A DNA stretch of 64,000 bases, taken from NCBI RefSeq assembly GCF_009914755.1, contig NC_060930.1. One strand, 5' to 3'. Made by a program: the position numbers and the translations under genes. This stretch comes from the human T2T-CHM13v2.0 reference genome, Homo sapiens. The notes beneath the pieces are model-generated. The model saw nothing but the letters and a program-made list of their open reading frames with translations. It made no database searches and had not been told where the DNA came from. Shown here one piece after another: positions 30,851 through 45,199 of this stretch; positions within the stretch are counted from its first letter, which is position 1; each line of letters begins with the position of its first letter.

Positions 30851-32937
30851 TACATGGCGTGTTGCTTGGATTCTACTTACAAAGAAATTTCACTTGAGAC
30901 TAATGTGCACAGTTTTCCTATCATCTCTTACTGAAGCACCCTGAACTGAAATCTCTCAAATTTAGCCTCTCAAGTATATTTTTTGTCTCTCCAGTTGGAA
31001 ATTAGCACTGGAAAAATTAGTCTTTCCTGAGAAATGGGTAGGAAATAAAACATGCTGTTGTATTCTGTTCTGCTGCCTGAGAAAAATCAGGGTGTGCAAA
31101 TGCCGCCTAAAAATTCAGCATTGTGAAACCTTGGCAACTCTTTGCAGAGTAAAGCTTTTCTCTTCTCCTGGAGGGTTTAGGATGATAAAATGCTAACCCT
31201 GGGCTCAGGGAGCAACAGCCCTGACTGGACATCGGGTAATCTAATAGAAGGAGCTTAATAATATCAATAATGATAACAAAATAATAATTGTCTTTTTTTC
31301 TCTGATCATCATCACCACCCTCCACTATCTTCACACCCTCCCCCCGCCAAAAAAAAAAAACACCTTCCATGCTAGTCATCTTATGATTGACATGTTTTTT
31401 CTAAATTTTCACATGCTCTACAAAGTAGCCTAGGCTTATAGAGGTGGAAGAGGCATAGAGTGCTCTGAGTTTAAGAGATTGAGAGAAAGAATAAAACAGA
31501 AAACAAAGACAGTGTTATGGGGCATCTGCTGTAGGCCATCAGAACGGTAGGTGAGGGAAAAGCAGCTGCTGAGGTCAGTTGAACTCTCATAATGTTGAAC
31601 TCCAGGGGGACTTGGATTCCCCAGACATCTGCTGGGTTAAAGACCCATGAAGGATCAAAGGAGTTACTGAATTGGAGAACTGCGACTTTCTGTTACTAAC
31701 CGTAGCTAATGTAATTGAAGGAGAAATTGTGTTAGATCTCCTGCTTATGGACAGGTAAGATTTTATTGAAAGTAGGAAAACAAGAGGCAGGTTTAATACT
31801 ATTGCCCATGTGATAATGTGTACATAGAAGAGTGAAAATGAGAAAACTGAATGCAACAGTGCCAGAGAATTTAAACTCTGAGGAAGCGTATTAAGTAATC
31901 AAGTTAGTACAAGAGAAAATATTAAAACTCAAGAGGGTGATAGAGGGCCAAAACAGTTTGGAGGACAATCATAATTGCAACTTGCTAAATTACAATTCCT
32001 CAGAAAGAGAAAGGTGGAGAAACAAACTAATAAACCCTCGCTGAGGCTTTGTGTAAGTTTGGCGTGGGTGATGACAAAGCTGACCAGGAAGTACCACATC
32101 AGTTAAAGCTGTCAGAGCAGTGGAGATAAGGACAGCAAGACATTTAGAATCCATTAATGATAACAAGAGGGTTAAAGTAGAGGGGATTTTATAGAGATAT
32201 GCTAGGCAAATGGAAAAGATCAGAGAAAAATTTGTCTGGAGTATCTTACTGAAGCAAGACTGAGAGTTCAGAAGTCATTAATTCAGATTTTAATCCCAGT
32301 TCTTTGTGAGATATGAAGGCAATGGCTTGACTTATTGGCATCTGAAGTTTCCCCTTCAGTGAGAATGAGAGGAACCAGCTTTAAAGTAACTAAGTAGAAA
32401 TATATCTATTGTTGAGATTTCAAAGGGCTCTGAAAAGCTTCAGCCTTCCCCACATGTCATGAAGATATTAATTTTTGGCTTCATTCAATAGTAAAGTTAG
32501 ATTAAGCCTAGCAAGGATTGCACATTACAACTTATCAAGGGCACACAGGTATTTTTCTTAGAATAGGCTTTCAATTGGACCTTGGCCATTCAAAGAAAGA
32601 GGGCAACAATGAAATGAAGGAAATGGACCCAAGTGGGTGATGGGGAAGCTTGGAATAACGCCTTCATTCACCTCAAAAGCTTATCTCAAAAGAGTTACAA
32701 AAGAGTAACTTCACCATATCATGGCCAATCATATATTGACAGTTTTTTTCAACCAAAAAAAGGGGGAGAACAATATACTGTGGGATAATTATTCTTATTT
32801 TTTCCTCATATAGATAATGATTGTTGAGAGCAATAATTACTGGTTGTAGGAGGGAGAGAGAGAGAGAGAACAAATCAATCATAAATTCCCTTTTGCTATG
32901 GGAATACAGGTTTATAATTGGAAGAGTAAAAAAGAGC

Positions 32938-34407
32938 TTTTTTATTTTTTAACTTTTTAATTTTTCCACATGTTATTGGGGTGCAGGTGGTATTTGGTTA
33001 CATGAGTAGGTTCTTTAGTGGTGATTGGTGAGATTCTGGTGCACCCATCACCCAAGCAATATATACTACACCCTCTTTGTAGTCTTTCATCCCTCGCCCT
33101 CTTCCCACCCTTCCCCCAAGTCCCCAGAGTCCACTGTATCATTCTTATGCCTTTGTGTCCTCACAGCTTAGCTCCCACATATCAGTGAGAACATACAATG
33201 TTTGGTTTTCCATTCCTGAGTTACTTCACTTAGAATAATAGTCTCCAATCTCATCCAGGTCACTGCAAATGCTGTTAATCCATTCCTTTTTATGACTGAG
33301 TAGTATTCCATCATATAAATATACCACAGTTTCTTTATCCACCATTTTGCAACTGTGAATTGTGCTGCTATAAACATAAGTGTGCAAGTATCTTTTGTAT
33401 ATAATGATGTCTTTTCCTCTGGGTAGATAACCAGTAGTGGGATTGCTGGATCAAATGGTAGTTCCACTTTTAGTTCTTTAAGGAATCTCCACACTGTTTT
33501 CCACAGTGGTTTTACTAGTTTACTTTCCCACCAGCATTGTAGAAGTGTTCCCTGTTCACTGCATCCACACCAACATCTACTGTTTTTTAATTTTTTATTT
33601 TTATTATGGCCATTCTTTCAGCAGCAAGGTGCTATTGCTTTGTGGTTTTGATTTGCATTTCCCTGATCATTAGTGATGTTGAACATTTTTTCATATATTT
33701 GTTGGCCATTTTTATGTCTTCTTTTGAGAATTGTCTATTCACGTCCTTAGCCCTCTTTTTGATGGGATCATTTGTTTTTTTTCTTACTGATTTGTTTGAG
33801 TTCATTGTGGATTCTGGATGTTAATCCTTTGTCAGATGTACAGGTTGTGAAGATTTTCTCCCACTCTGTGGGTTGTCTGTTTACTCTGCTGACTGTTCCT
33901 TTTGTGGTGCAAAAGGTCCTTAGTTTAACTAAGTCCCAACTATTTACCTTTATTTTTAATGCATTTGCTTTTGGGTTCTTAGTCATGAAATCCATGCCTA
34001 AGCCAATGTCTAGAAGGGTTTTTCCAATGTTATCTTCTGGTATTTTACAGTTTCAGGTCTTAGATTTAAGTCCTTAATCCATCTTGAGTGGATTTTTGTA
34101 TAAGGTGAAAGAGGATCCAGTTTCATTCTCCTACATGTGGCTAGCCAATTATACCAGCACCATTCTTTGAAAAGGGTGTCTTTTCCCTACTTTATGTTTT
34201 TGTTTGCTTTGTCAAAGTCAGTTGGCTGTGAGTATTTGGGTTTATTTCTGGGTTCTCTATTCTGTTCCATTGGTCTATGTACCTATTTTTATACCAATAC
34301 CATGCTGCTTTGGTGACTATGGCCTTATAGCATAATTTGAAATCAGGTAGTGTAATGCCTCCCGATTTGTTCTTTTTGCTTAGTCTTGCTTTGGCTATGT
34401 GGGCTCT
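32938..34407 (-). mobile_element. 5'-truncated L1PB1-type
   Basis: Diagnostic 3' end TTATTGGGGTGCAGGTGGTATTTGGTTACATGAGTAGGTTCTTTAGTGGTGA; ORF2 C-terminal remnants; TSD core AAGAGTAAAAAA at 32922-32933 and 34410-34421. Confidence 0.9.
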
Positions 34408-34869
34408 GAAAGAGTAAAAAAACAATTTCTTTCCCCAATTGTAAAAAAGTCTTAAACTTATCAAACTATAAAATAGCCCACCTGGAAGGAGTCTTAAAAA
34501 GTAAACTAAGTCCTGCCTCTTTTAACAGATGAGCAAGTTGAGGCCCAAAGAAAATGTTTGTCCACTCAGCTCATTAGTATCAGATCCAGGTGACTTTGAA
34601 AATCAAAGACACACTATTGGCAGTAAAATGATGTATGGAATAACTAGAAAACACTTTTCCTCCCAAGTCCTTTTAGTGACATAGCCACTTAGACTGCATT
34701 CTTTTCTTCTTGCCTCTCTCCTCTCACTTCTCTTATTTTTTTCGTATTTTGGAAAAGAAAATTATGCTATTAATATATATTATTGAGAAACTGATGTTCA
34801 CCTTCATTTCTGTACCCAGAGAAAAGCATCCCTAATATTTTCAAAACACATGCAGTACATGAAAGCATT

Positions 34870-36200
34870 TTATTTTTCAAGAAATTATGACATAAAAAAT
34901 AAAACTAAAGTCTTCCTTGAACTTCTCTTTACAACATTATGGTTCTCTATCGCCATTGCTAAAGGCAGTGATGTGTTGGATGGATGTTTTTCATTCTTTT
35001 TAGACTTTTTACTTACATATATTTGAAATCATTGAAAATATATAGCATTGGTTTGCACGTGTGTATTTTAAAAATATAAATGGTTTTGTGCTGTATACAT
35101 AGTTCTTAGCTTGCTTTTGCTTCTCTACCATGTTTTTGGTATCTAAGCTGATATAATATTGATCTAGTTCATTGTTTTTCACTCTTGTGTAGTCTTTTAT
35201 CATATAAATATTTTATTAATCTATTTATTGTTGTACAGTTAGATTGCTTTGATTTGTTGTTTTATAAACAATGATGCAATGAAAATTCTGACATCTATAT
35301 ACTTATGTACATGCATCAATAATTTTCAAGGTTGGATACCAAGAAATTGAATTGCTGGGTGATTGGAAATGTATAATATCAATTTTAAGATATCCTGAAA
35401 ATTTGACTTACAACATAACTATACAAAGTTGCACTATCATCAGCAGAATACTGAAATACCAATTATTTTACATCTCTAACACTTAATACTGCAAAAAGTT
35501 TAATTTTGCCATTTTCCTAGATGAAAACAGTATCTTGTTATTGTAATTGGTACTACAAAACTTGGGGCTTTTTCATGGGTTTATCAGCTATTTGTAGTTC
35601 CTTCTGTAAATCACCTGTTCATAAACTAAACCCATATTAATCCATGTTTATACTAGAGTATTTGTTTTTTTCTCCATTTATTTGCAGAGAGTTTTTACAC
35701 ATTGTGGACACTGTTACATTGTTATATAAGTTAAAGCAATTATATCCTTCTCTAACTTACTTTAAAATTTGTTCCAGGTATTTTATGCTATACAAAAGTT
35801 TTTAATGTTAATTTGTTTAAATTTTGTTGTTATTTTATATATGAATCTTGCCTTTTGAGCTTTTGTAAGAAAACATATAAAGAAACTTTATAATTTTGTA
35901 AAGTTATAAATATTTTTCCATCTTTTAACAATTTTAAATTATGTCTCAGATTTAATTCTTAATTAATCTGTGTATGGTATAAGTAAGGATCTAATTTTTT
36001 AATATGGGTAGCCAACTTTTTGATACCATTTCAACTTTTTTTAAATATTCTATCCTTAGGGATTACCATTATTTAGATTTCTATCACTAGAGCTTTGTTT
36101 GTCTGTTCTTGGACTTCACGCAGATATATACAGCATGTGATTTTCTATATCTGGCCTCTTTTGTTCCATGTAATGTTTTTGAAATTTTTTTATATTAAAA
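34870..36200 (-). mobile_element. Old L1M (L1MC/L1ME) fragments
   Basis: Degraded antisense L1 3' region (GTTAGATTGCTT...AAACAATGATGCAATGAAAATTCT...GAATTGCTGGGT). Confidence 0.65.
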
Positions 36201-36334
36201 AATTAATTTATCTTCAATTACCAAAATCACATACCAGAGTGGGATGTGAGACCCACATATATTATTTGCAACTGGCATTTTCAAGATCTGGTCTGAAGTC
36301 TCAACTATTGCTAGCGTACAGCATTAGACCCATA

Positions 36335-37045
36335 TGGTCACCCATTAAAAAGGCTAAAATAAAAAGGTAGAAAATGTTAAGAGTTATAAAAAATGTAGAG
36401 AAATAGGAACTTTCATACATTTCAGTTGGCATTTAAATTGATAGAAACACATTGGAAAATTATTTGGCACTGTTTATTAAAACATAGGAACATATACACA
36501 ACCTATGGCTTAGCAATTCTAGTTCCTTGATGTATACCTATCAGAAATGAATGAATATATGAATACACAGAAAAGACATATATAAGCATATCTATGGCAG
36601 CGCAATTCATAGTGTTCCCAAAATAGAAATTATTCAAATGTCCATCAGTAATAGAATGAATAATACATTACAGCATATACATATAATGGAATACCATAGA
36701 GCAATAACAATAATCAATCTACAACAAATATAAGGATAAATCATACAAATGTAATATTGAGTGGAAGAAGCCAGTCACAAAAGAGAAAATATAGCATTAT
36801 TTCATTTATTTAAAGTAAACGAACAAAAACTAAAATACAAAAACAGTCAAACCTATGCTCTCAGAATTCAGGCCAGTAGTTACATTTGAAGAGTTGATGA
36901 TGGCAGGCCTTCTGGTAATGTTCTAGATCATGATCAAGGAGCTGGTTACATGGGTGTAATTGCCTGGTAAAAATTCATTGAAGCATATGAATATGATAAC
37001 TTACTTTTCCATATTTATATTATATGTTAATTTGGAAAGTAATTA
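36335..37045 (+). mobile_element. Old L1M (L1ME/L1MC) 3' region
   Basis: CACCCATTAAAAAGGCTAAAAT...TCAAATGTCCATCAGTAATAGAATGAAT...TTGAGTGGAAGAAGCCAG...GGTTACATGGGTG. Confidence 0.7.
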
Positions 37046-37430
37046 AACCTTCCCCATGACTCTGGACAGAGCTTCTTATAAGTTTGCTCTTATAAGCAAG
37101 TTTTTGAATCCATCTGGAACTGACTAAAGGAAGGAGGCCAGCAAAATACACTGCAATGTCCTTTTCCTAAGACTAAGACTCTTTACTGCATCCAGAGGCA
37201 TCACATTTACCCCTCTCTGTCTGGAAGGGTAATTAATTCTAGGGCTGCCTTTCTGAAGTTTGAAGAAAAAAAAAAGTAACAGTCACAGGAGAACGTGGCC
37301 ATCAGCTTCAGTATTTCTCCAGCCTATCTCTTGCTGTACTTGGGGGCCATGATGTGATGTCCTTTAATAACACAGATAGATTCAAAGAGGTCAAGCATCC
37401 TGAGCTACTTAAGGAAAAATTAACATCTGC

Positions 37431-38458
37431 TTTTTTCTTTTTATTATTATTATTATATTTTAAGTTCTGGCAGAACGTGAAGTTTTGTTACATAGGTATA
37501 CACATGCCATGGTCGTTTGCTGCACCCATCAAATAGTCACCTACATTAGGTATTTCTCTTAATGTTATCTCTCCTCTAGCCCCCAATGCCCCGCAGGCCC
37601 CAGTGTGTGATATTCCCCTCCCTGTGTCCATGTGTTCTCATTGTTCAGCTCCCACGTATGAGTGAGAACATGTGGTGTTTGGTTTTCTGATCTTGTGATA
37701 GTTTGCTGAGAATGATGGTTTCCAGCTTCATCCATGTCCCTAAAAAGGACGTGAACTCATCCATTTGTATGGCTGCATAGTATTTCATGGTGTATATGTG
37801 CCACATTTTCTTAATCCAGTCTGTCATTGATGGACATTTGGACTGGTTCCAAGTCTTTGCTATTGTGAATAGTGCACAATAAACATACGTGTGCATGTGT
37901 CTTTATCATAGAATGATTTGTAATCCTTCGGGTATATGCCCAGTAATAGGATTGCTGGGTCAAATGGTATTTCTAGTTCTAAATCCTTGAGGAATTGCCA
38001 CACTGTCTTCCACAATGGCATCAAAAGCCAAAATTGACAAATGGGATCTAATTAAACTAAAGAGCTTCTGCACAGCAAAAGAAACTATCATCAGAGTGAA
38101 CAGGCAACCCACAGAATGGGAGAAAATTTTGGCCATCTATCCATCTGACAAAGGGCTAATATCCAGAATCTACAAAGAACTCGAACAAATTTTCAAGAAA
38201 AAAACAAACAACCCCATCAAAAAATGGGCAAAGGGTATGAACAGACACTTCTCAAAAGAAGACATTTATGCAGCCAACAGACATATGAAAAAATGCTCAT
38301 CATCACTAGTCATTAGAGAAATGCAAATCAAAACCACAATGAGATACCATCTCACACCAGTTAGAATGGCTATAATTAAAAAGTCAGGAAACAGCAGATG
38401 CTGGAGAGGTTGTGGAAAAATAAGAATGCTTTTACACTGTTGGGAGTGTAAATTAGTT
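37431..38458 (-). mobile_element. L1PA7/8-type with 5' inversion (twin priming)
   Basis: Minus-strand 3' part 37431-38018 joined through CAATGG microhomology to plus-strand ORF2 segment 38013-38458. Confidence 0.9.
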
Positions 38459-38742
38459 TTCTACCAATTATAGAAACTAAGAGTTTACATTGCATTTTTT
38501 CCCAACTTTTATTTTAGATGGAAGATTTGGAAATTCTTTTGTTTATCTTAATTTCCAAAACCTTGCTAAATTCTCCTATTAGTGCTAATAGTTTTCAGTT
38601 ACATTTTTTGTGTTATTTGAATAACAAATAACACATAACATGCACATTATATAGCACATAATTAACAACAAGCAACAAAGCTTAATCATTTCCTGTATAG
38701 GCCATACACACACATACATACAAACACACGTATATACACACG

Positions 38743-38968
38743 TAAGTTATGTATATGTATATATGTTATATATATACACATAAGTCATATATGTGTATAT
38801 ATGTTATATACATACACATAAGTCATATATGTGTATATATGTTATATATATACACATAAGTCATATATGTGTATATATGTTATATATACACATAAGTCAT
38901 ATATGTGTATATATGTTATATATATACACATAAGTCATATATGTGTATATATGTTATATATATACACA
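38743..38968. repeat. Minisatellite, 38-bp unit TAAGTCATATATGTGTATATATGTTATATATATACACA x6
   Basis: Units start at 38743, 38781, 38819, 38857 (36 bp), 38893 and 38931. Confidence 0.95.
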
Positions 38969-39825
38969 TATACAATTAAAATGTGACATATTTATATAAT
39001 AAAATACAACAGTAGAGTGAAATGAACTAGTTCAATATTATATTCACATATATACACAGATTTATATTTAAAATATATAATGTAGTATATTTGCTTTATT
39101 ACATTCATTAAAACCATTAAAACTTCTAGTTGTAGCCCAGTGATAATAGTCATCCTTACATTGTTCTTGACTTTAATGGGGACACTTCTAATGTTTTACT
39201 GTTAGATATAACATTAACTATATAATTTTAATTGATACTGCTTTTCAGATTAGAGAAGTCCCATATTTTCAGTTTCTTCTGTTTATTTGGGTTTGTTTTG
39301 TACTTTTTGAACTTTGTAATTTAAATCTTAGTACTTTGCTTTTTCAAAGCTTTCCAGTTTCCCAATAAGTGCATTTAAGGCTATAGTTGCTTCTGAGGAC
39401 TACTTCAGCTGCGTCATGTACATCTTGATACATGTGTATATTGCATTTCCAAATGATTCAATTATAGAAATTTTAAAAATTAATTTTCAATTTCATGACC
39501 AATTGATTATTTGGATGTCTGCTTTTTTTTTTCTTTCACTTTCAGACATCTAAGACCTGGGCTCTAGGTTATATGAGAGCTTGTTAATTTGTTAAGTTGT
39601 TTACAGTTTTTTCCTTTTAGCATTATAATCAGTAACTGTGGCCTAAATTATACTTTTGTGTTCTGAGATATTTCCTTTGTTCAAGTATACAGTCTATTTC
39701 TTGGATTGAATTTTCCATGTGTGTTAGAGAATGATGCATATTACACATCTATTTAATAATGAAGTAAATTGTTTCCTTCTGATTCCACGACATAAAAATA
39801 GAAAAAAAAACATTTAAAAAATGTT

Positions 39826-40530
39826 TCCACTTCACATCCAACAGGTTAGGTACAATTTTAAAAAAGTAAAATAACAAGTTTTGGCAAATATGTGGAGAAA
39901 TTAGAAAATCATGCATTGCTGGTACAAATGTAAAATGGTGCGGACACTTTGGAAAGCAGTTATTCTGTTTCTTAAAATGTTAACCAGAGAGTTACCATAT
40001 GATCCAGTATTTCTAGTGCCAAGTATATACTAAACAGAAACAAAAATGTATGACTAATACAAAAAATTTTATAAGAACGTTCATAGCAGCATTATTCCTA
40101 ATATCCCCAAGGTAGAAGCAACTTAAATGCTCATCAACTGATGAATAAATTTAAAAATGTCATATATTCATGCAATGGAACAGTATTCAGCCATAAAAAG
40201 GAATGAAATACTGATACATGCTACAATATAGATGAACCTTAAAAACATTATAGTAAGTGAAAGAAGTCAGACAAAAAAGCCTACAAATTATATTATTCTA
40301 TTTATATAAAATGTCTTGAATTCATAGAGACAGAAAATAGATTAGTGGTTGTCAGGGTTTAAGGGAATATTGAATGGAGAGTTACTGCTAATGACTATGG
40401 GATTTCTTTTTGGAATGATAAAAGTAGTCTGAAATTGGATTGTGGTGATAGTTGCACAACCTTGTAAACATACTAAAACCTACTGAATTGTACATTTTAA
40501 AGTGGTGAATTCTATGATGTGTGAATTCTG
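39826..40530 (+). mobile_element. L1MB7/8-like 3' end
   Basis: CATTGCTGGTACAAATGTAAAATGGTGC...GATTAGTGGTTGTCAGGG...GTGGTGATAGTTGCACAACCTTGTAAA. Confidence 0.8.
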
Positions 40531-41677
40531 TGTATATAAACAAAGCTTAAATACAAGTTAGGAAAATTTCCTTAGGCCTCTGACTGTGAAGTACCTGATC
40601 ACCCCCCAAAAATTTATTACTCTTTTCTGTTTGCTCTAGCTCCATAACTAAGCTCAAAGAACACTGGGTGACTTCTGATTCAAGATGCCAATTATTTTGT
40701 GCATATGTGTGAAGTTGGAGGATTAAAACATTGATTGCTTTACATTTAATTAGAATTCACTAAATTTAAATAAATAAAATTAATTAATTTAAAAATCCCC
40801 AATAATTCCTTGTCCTAGTTTTCAAAAATTTAACAAAAACTAATGGAAACCAGTAAATTTCATAACTAGATCTCAATTATGTGCAGAAATGCAACTTTTC
40901 ACTACAACCTAAAAATATTAAGCACAATTTTAGCTGGTTATGAAAGAAAAGAAGTATGCTCAGAGCCACAAGAGCTCAATAAATACTGATATTGGAAATA
41001 CATACTGGTAATAATGAATATTTGATTTCATTCTTAATCTTCCTCTAACTCCATAGTAATCATCCAGATAAATCACTTATGAAAATAAAATCATAAGACA
41101 GATCTAGAAGGACACAAAAAGTGATTTACTGATGTTTATGGCACCTCCTTTTGGGAGATCATTGAGAACAGCATAGATAGTCATCTCTCTAAAACAGTTC
41201 AGGCATGGCCCTTTCCTGAAGGCAAAAAGATAAATTTTCATGTTAGTCTTTCTAACCTTAGTCCTCAAGAGTCAGTCTTCTGAATGGATGAGAGAGTTTT
41301 CCTCTTCATTCCCATATTAGCTGTCATAATAGTTAAGTGGGTGGTTAATTGGTTCAGCATCAGATTTTGTTGCCTATGTTTTGTGTTTATTTTTCTCTTT
41401 CACCTCAAGTATTTTCAGTCAAACCTCTTGTGTGGTTTACTGTGAATCCTACATTTCAGTTTGAACCTTGAGGTAATGAAAAAACAACTAAAACCCTAAT
41501 TCAAATATCTATTTATTCACCTTCTCTTTCATTAAAAAATTTTATTTAGCAATACTAAATGATTATGATACACCTGTCTCTGTGCTAAGAGCTAGTGATA
41601 CCAAGATGATCGGTTTGGGTACTTGAGGATCTCATGGGTTACTGAGGGAAAATGAACATATAAGTAAGAAAAACTAC

Positions 41678-41900
41678 GTATAGTGGTTGGTATTTGAACG
41701 CTGGGGTCAAACTGCATCAGTAGAAGTCCTGCATTTGCCAATTACTAGCTATGCAATTTTGTGCAAATTCTGTAACCTTCTATGTCTCTGTTTTCTTATT
41801 TCAAAGATGTTGATAATAATAATAATATTACCCTGAAGTTTAAGTAAGTTAATGCATGTAAAGCACTTAGAATAGGCATGTGATACATGCTCAATTTATA
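41678..41900 (+). mobile_element. MIR
   Basis: GTATAGTGGTT...TTACTAGCTATGCAATTTTGTGCAAATT...TAATGCATGTAAAGCACTTAGAA. Confidence 0.7.
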
Positions 41901-42983
41901 TTGCCTTTATTAGGTATCACACCACAAAGATATTATTAATTCGTAACAATAAACTGGTTCCTTAATATTATTTCACATTCCTAGAACCCATTCCCACAAA
42001 ACCTGAGTCCATAAAATTTTTTACAAGCACTTTAAATGGCCATTCTGTTGGTCACTCTGAGATATCAGTTTGAGAAACACTGTTGGGAACTGATCTGGGA
42101 CAAAAGCAAAGATATCAAGTCTACAGAAGGCTATGTAAATTTTTTCTTAATGATTTTCTATCAAAAAATATAAGATTCCACAAGTTTAGTCAGTTTTTAT
42201 TATTTCCAACAGGGCTCTTGTCTGGCAAATAATAGTTTAGGGAAGACCTAACCTTCATCTAACCTTCATGAACCCACAAAGTACCATCTTAAATAACTGG
42301 ATACATTTATTACAACATGATCTCTATGACCCCAAAGATAGATTTTTGTCTCAACTACCAAAAGTCAAATTTCCACATTCCTGATACGACTTTTTTCCAC
42401 CACTCTCTTAGCTCCTTTAAGACTACGAGGGGTTAACTATTTATCTGGCGTATGAAAATAATCATTTATTTGATGAGTTAGAAACAAGATAAATATCTGG
42501 TTTAGAAAGAGACGCTTGTGCTCAAATAATACTGGCAGTAAGCAAACAATGCAAAGACTGGTTGAGTAAGATTTTCCTTTGGCATGCACTATATAATATC
42601 AAATTAAAGAAATTCCAGCCAAATTTTTTTTTTTGGTTACTCTTTAACCCTAACATAACAGACTTTTTCTGCTATTAACATTTACACATGAATGAAGTAC
42701 ATACAAATTAAACCTCAGACATCACCAATACTAAATATCAGAGATGCTATCTTAGTATATGATATGACCTATATGGCAGATATTCAAAATATTTAATAAC
42801 CATTATGGCTTTGGCACTGGACTAATCAAAATGGATGTTGGAGCAAGTCAGCTGGTAGACCTATACTGGCAAGTACCAGCTGAATATTATCCCTTCTATG
42901 TTTTATAAATCATTTGGAAGTTATTGAAGACAAGTATTAACTGATACTTGTTCATGAAGATGTCGTGGTTAAGAAAACAGAAA

Positions 42984-45186
42984 GATTTATTGAAGAGACG
43001 GTTCTCTCTCCAATGTAGGCTTTTGCTGCCTTTGTTGAAGATCAGTGGCTGTAAATGCATGGATTTATTTCTGAGATCTCAATTCTGTTCCGTTGGTCAA
43101 TATGTCTGTTTTTATGCTGACACCGTGCTGTTTTGGTTATTATTGCTTTGTAGTATATTTTGAAGTAAGGTAACTTGATCCCTCCAGATTTGTTCTTTTA
43201 GAACAAGATTGCTTTGGCTATTGGGGGCTTTTGTGGTTTCATACCAATTTTAAGATTTTTTTTCTATTTCTGTAAAGAATGTCATTGGTATTTTCATAGG
43301 AATTTGATTGAATCTGTAGATAGATTTGGGTAGTATGGATATTTAAAAAATATTATTTGTTTCAATCCATAAACATGGGCTATCTTTCCACTTATTTATG
43401 TTTTCTTCAAGTTTTTAATTCAATGTTTTGTAGTTTTCATTATAGAAATATTTCACCACCTTGGTTAAATTTATTCTTAGGTATTTTATTTTATTTTATG
43501 TTTTGTAGCTATCATAAATAGAACTGCTTCTTTTGACTTCTTTTTCAGATAGTTTGCTATTGACATATAGAAATGCTACTGATTTGTATTCTGCAACTTT
43601 TCTGAATTTATTTATTACTCCTAACATTTTTTTGGTGGAATCTCTAGAGATTTCTTTATATAAAATTATGTCATCTCTAAATAAAAACAATTTAACTTCC
43701 TTCTTTCCAATTTGGATGCTTTTACTTCTTTATCTTGCCTAATTGCTCTGGCTAGTATTCTTACTTCTATCGTGAATAAAAGTGGTGAAAGCGGTCAGCC
43801 TTGCCTTGTTCCAGATTTTAGAGGAAAGGCTTTCATTTTTTTTCCGTTCAGTATGTTAGCTGTGGGTTTGTCATATATAGCCTTTATTGTGTTGGGGTAC
43901 ATTCCTTTTACACCTAATTTGTTGAGAGTTTTTAATAATGAAGGGATGTTTCTACATGTATTGGTATAATCATATTGTTTTTGTCCTTCATTCTTTAATG
44001 TGATGTATCATGCTTATTAATTTGTATATGTTGAACCATTCCTGCATCCCTGGGATGAATCCCACTTTGTCAAGGTTAATAATCTTTTTGATGTGCTGTT
44101 GGATTTAATTTGCTAGTATTCTGTTGATGATTTTTATATCTATGTTCATCAGGGATTTTGGCCTGTAGTTTTCTTTTTTTGTTATGTCCTCCTCTGGTTT
44201 TGGATCAGGATAATGCTGGCGTTGTAGAATGATTTTGGAGAAGTTTCCTCCACTTTAATTTTTTTAAAAAGAGTTTGAGAAGGATATGTATTACTTCCTC
44301 CATAAATGTTTGGTAGAATTTAGTAGTGAAGTCATTGGCCCTGGGCTTTTCTTTGATGGGAGGCTGTTTTATTACTGATTGAATTTCACTACTCACTATT
44401 GGTCTGTTAAGATTTTCTATTTCTTCTTAATTTAATCTTGGTAGGTTGCATGTGTTCAGGAATTTGCCCATTTCTTCTAAGTTTCTAAATTTGTTGGTAT
44501 ATAATTGTTCATAATAGTCTCTAATGATCTTTTGTATCTCTATTGTATCAGTTGTGATGTCTCCTTTTTCACCCCTGAACACACATTGAGGAAAGGGAAG
44601 TCTCTTCAATAAGTGATACTGGAAAAACTGGATACCTACATGCAGATTAATGAAACTAGATCCCAATTTCACATTACTTATAACAATCAATTCAAAATGG
44701 ATTAAAGTCTTAAATTAAATGTAAGACCCAAAACTTTGAAACTACCAGAAGAAAACATAAGGGAAACATTTTATGATATTGATCTGAACAAGGCTTTTTT
44801 TGAATAAGAACTCAAAAGCACAGGCAACAAAAGCAAAAGTAAATAAATATAATTACATCATACTAAAAAGCTTCTATACAGCAAAGAAAACAATCAATAG
44901 AGTGAAGAGACAATCTACAGAATGGGAAAAAATATTTGCAAGCTATGCGTCTGACAAAGGATTAATATCCAGAGTATGTACAGTACCCAAACAACTCAAT
45001 AGCAAAAAGATAAATAATCTAATTTAAAAATAAGAAAAATATCTGAATAGACACTTCTCAAAAAAGGAAATACAAATGGCCAACAGGCATATGAAAAATT
45101 TGATTATTAAACATTGTATTCACATATCAAAACATCACACTATACCCCATTATATTTACAATTATTGTTTGTTAATTAAAAAGAGA
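42984..45186 (+). mobile_element. L1MA-type with 5' inversion and internal 3' deletion
   Basis: Inverted ORF2 segment 42984-~44571, forward segment ~44577-45099, then jumps to the L1MA tail; perfect 13-bp TSD AAGAAAACAGAAA at 42971-42983 and 45187-45199. Confidence 0.88.
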
Positions 45187-45199
45187 AAGAAAACAGAAA

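Noticed and set aside
38743-38968. Regular 38-bp repeats as a CRISPR-like array
   Set aside because: The units are head-to-tail with no unique spacers, in eukaryotic DNA; this is a minisatellite.
42248-42269. 11-bp tandem duplication CTAACCTTCAT x2 (a similar 12-bp one lies at ~49770)
   Set aside because: Ordinary slippage duplications with no further structure.
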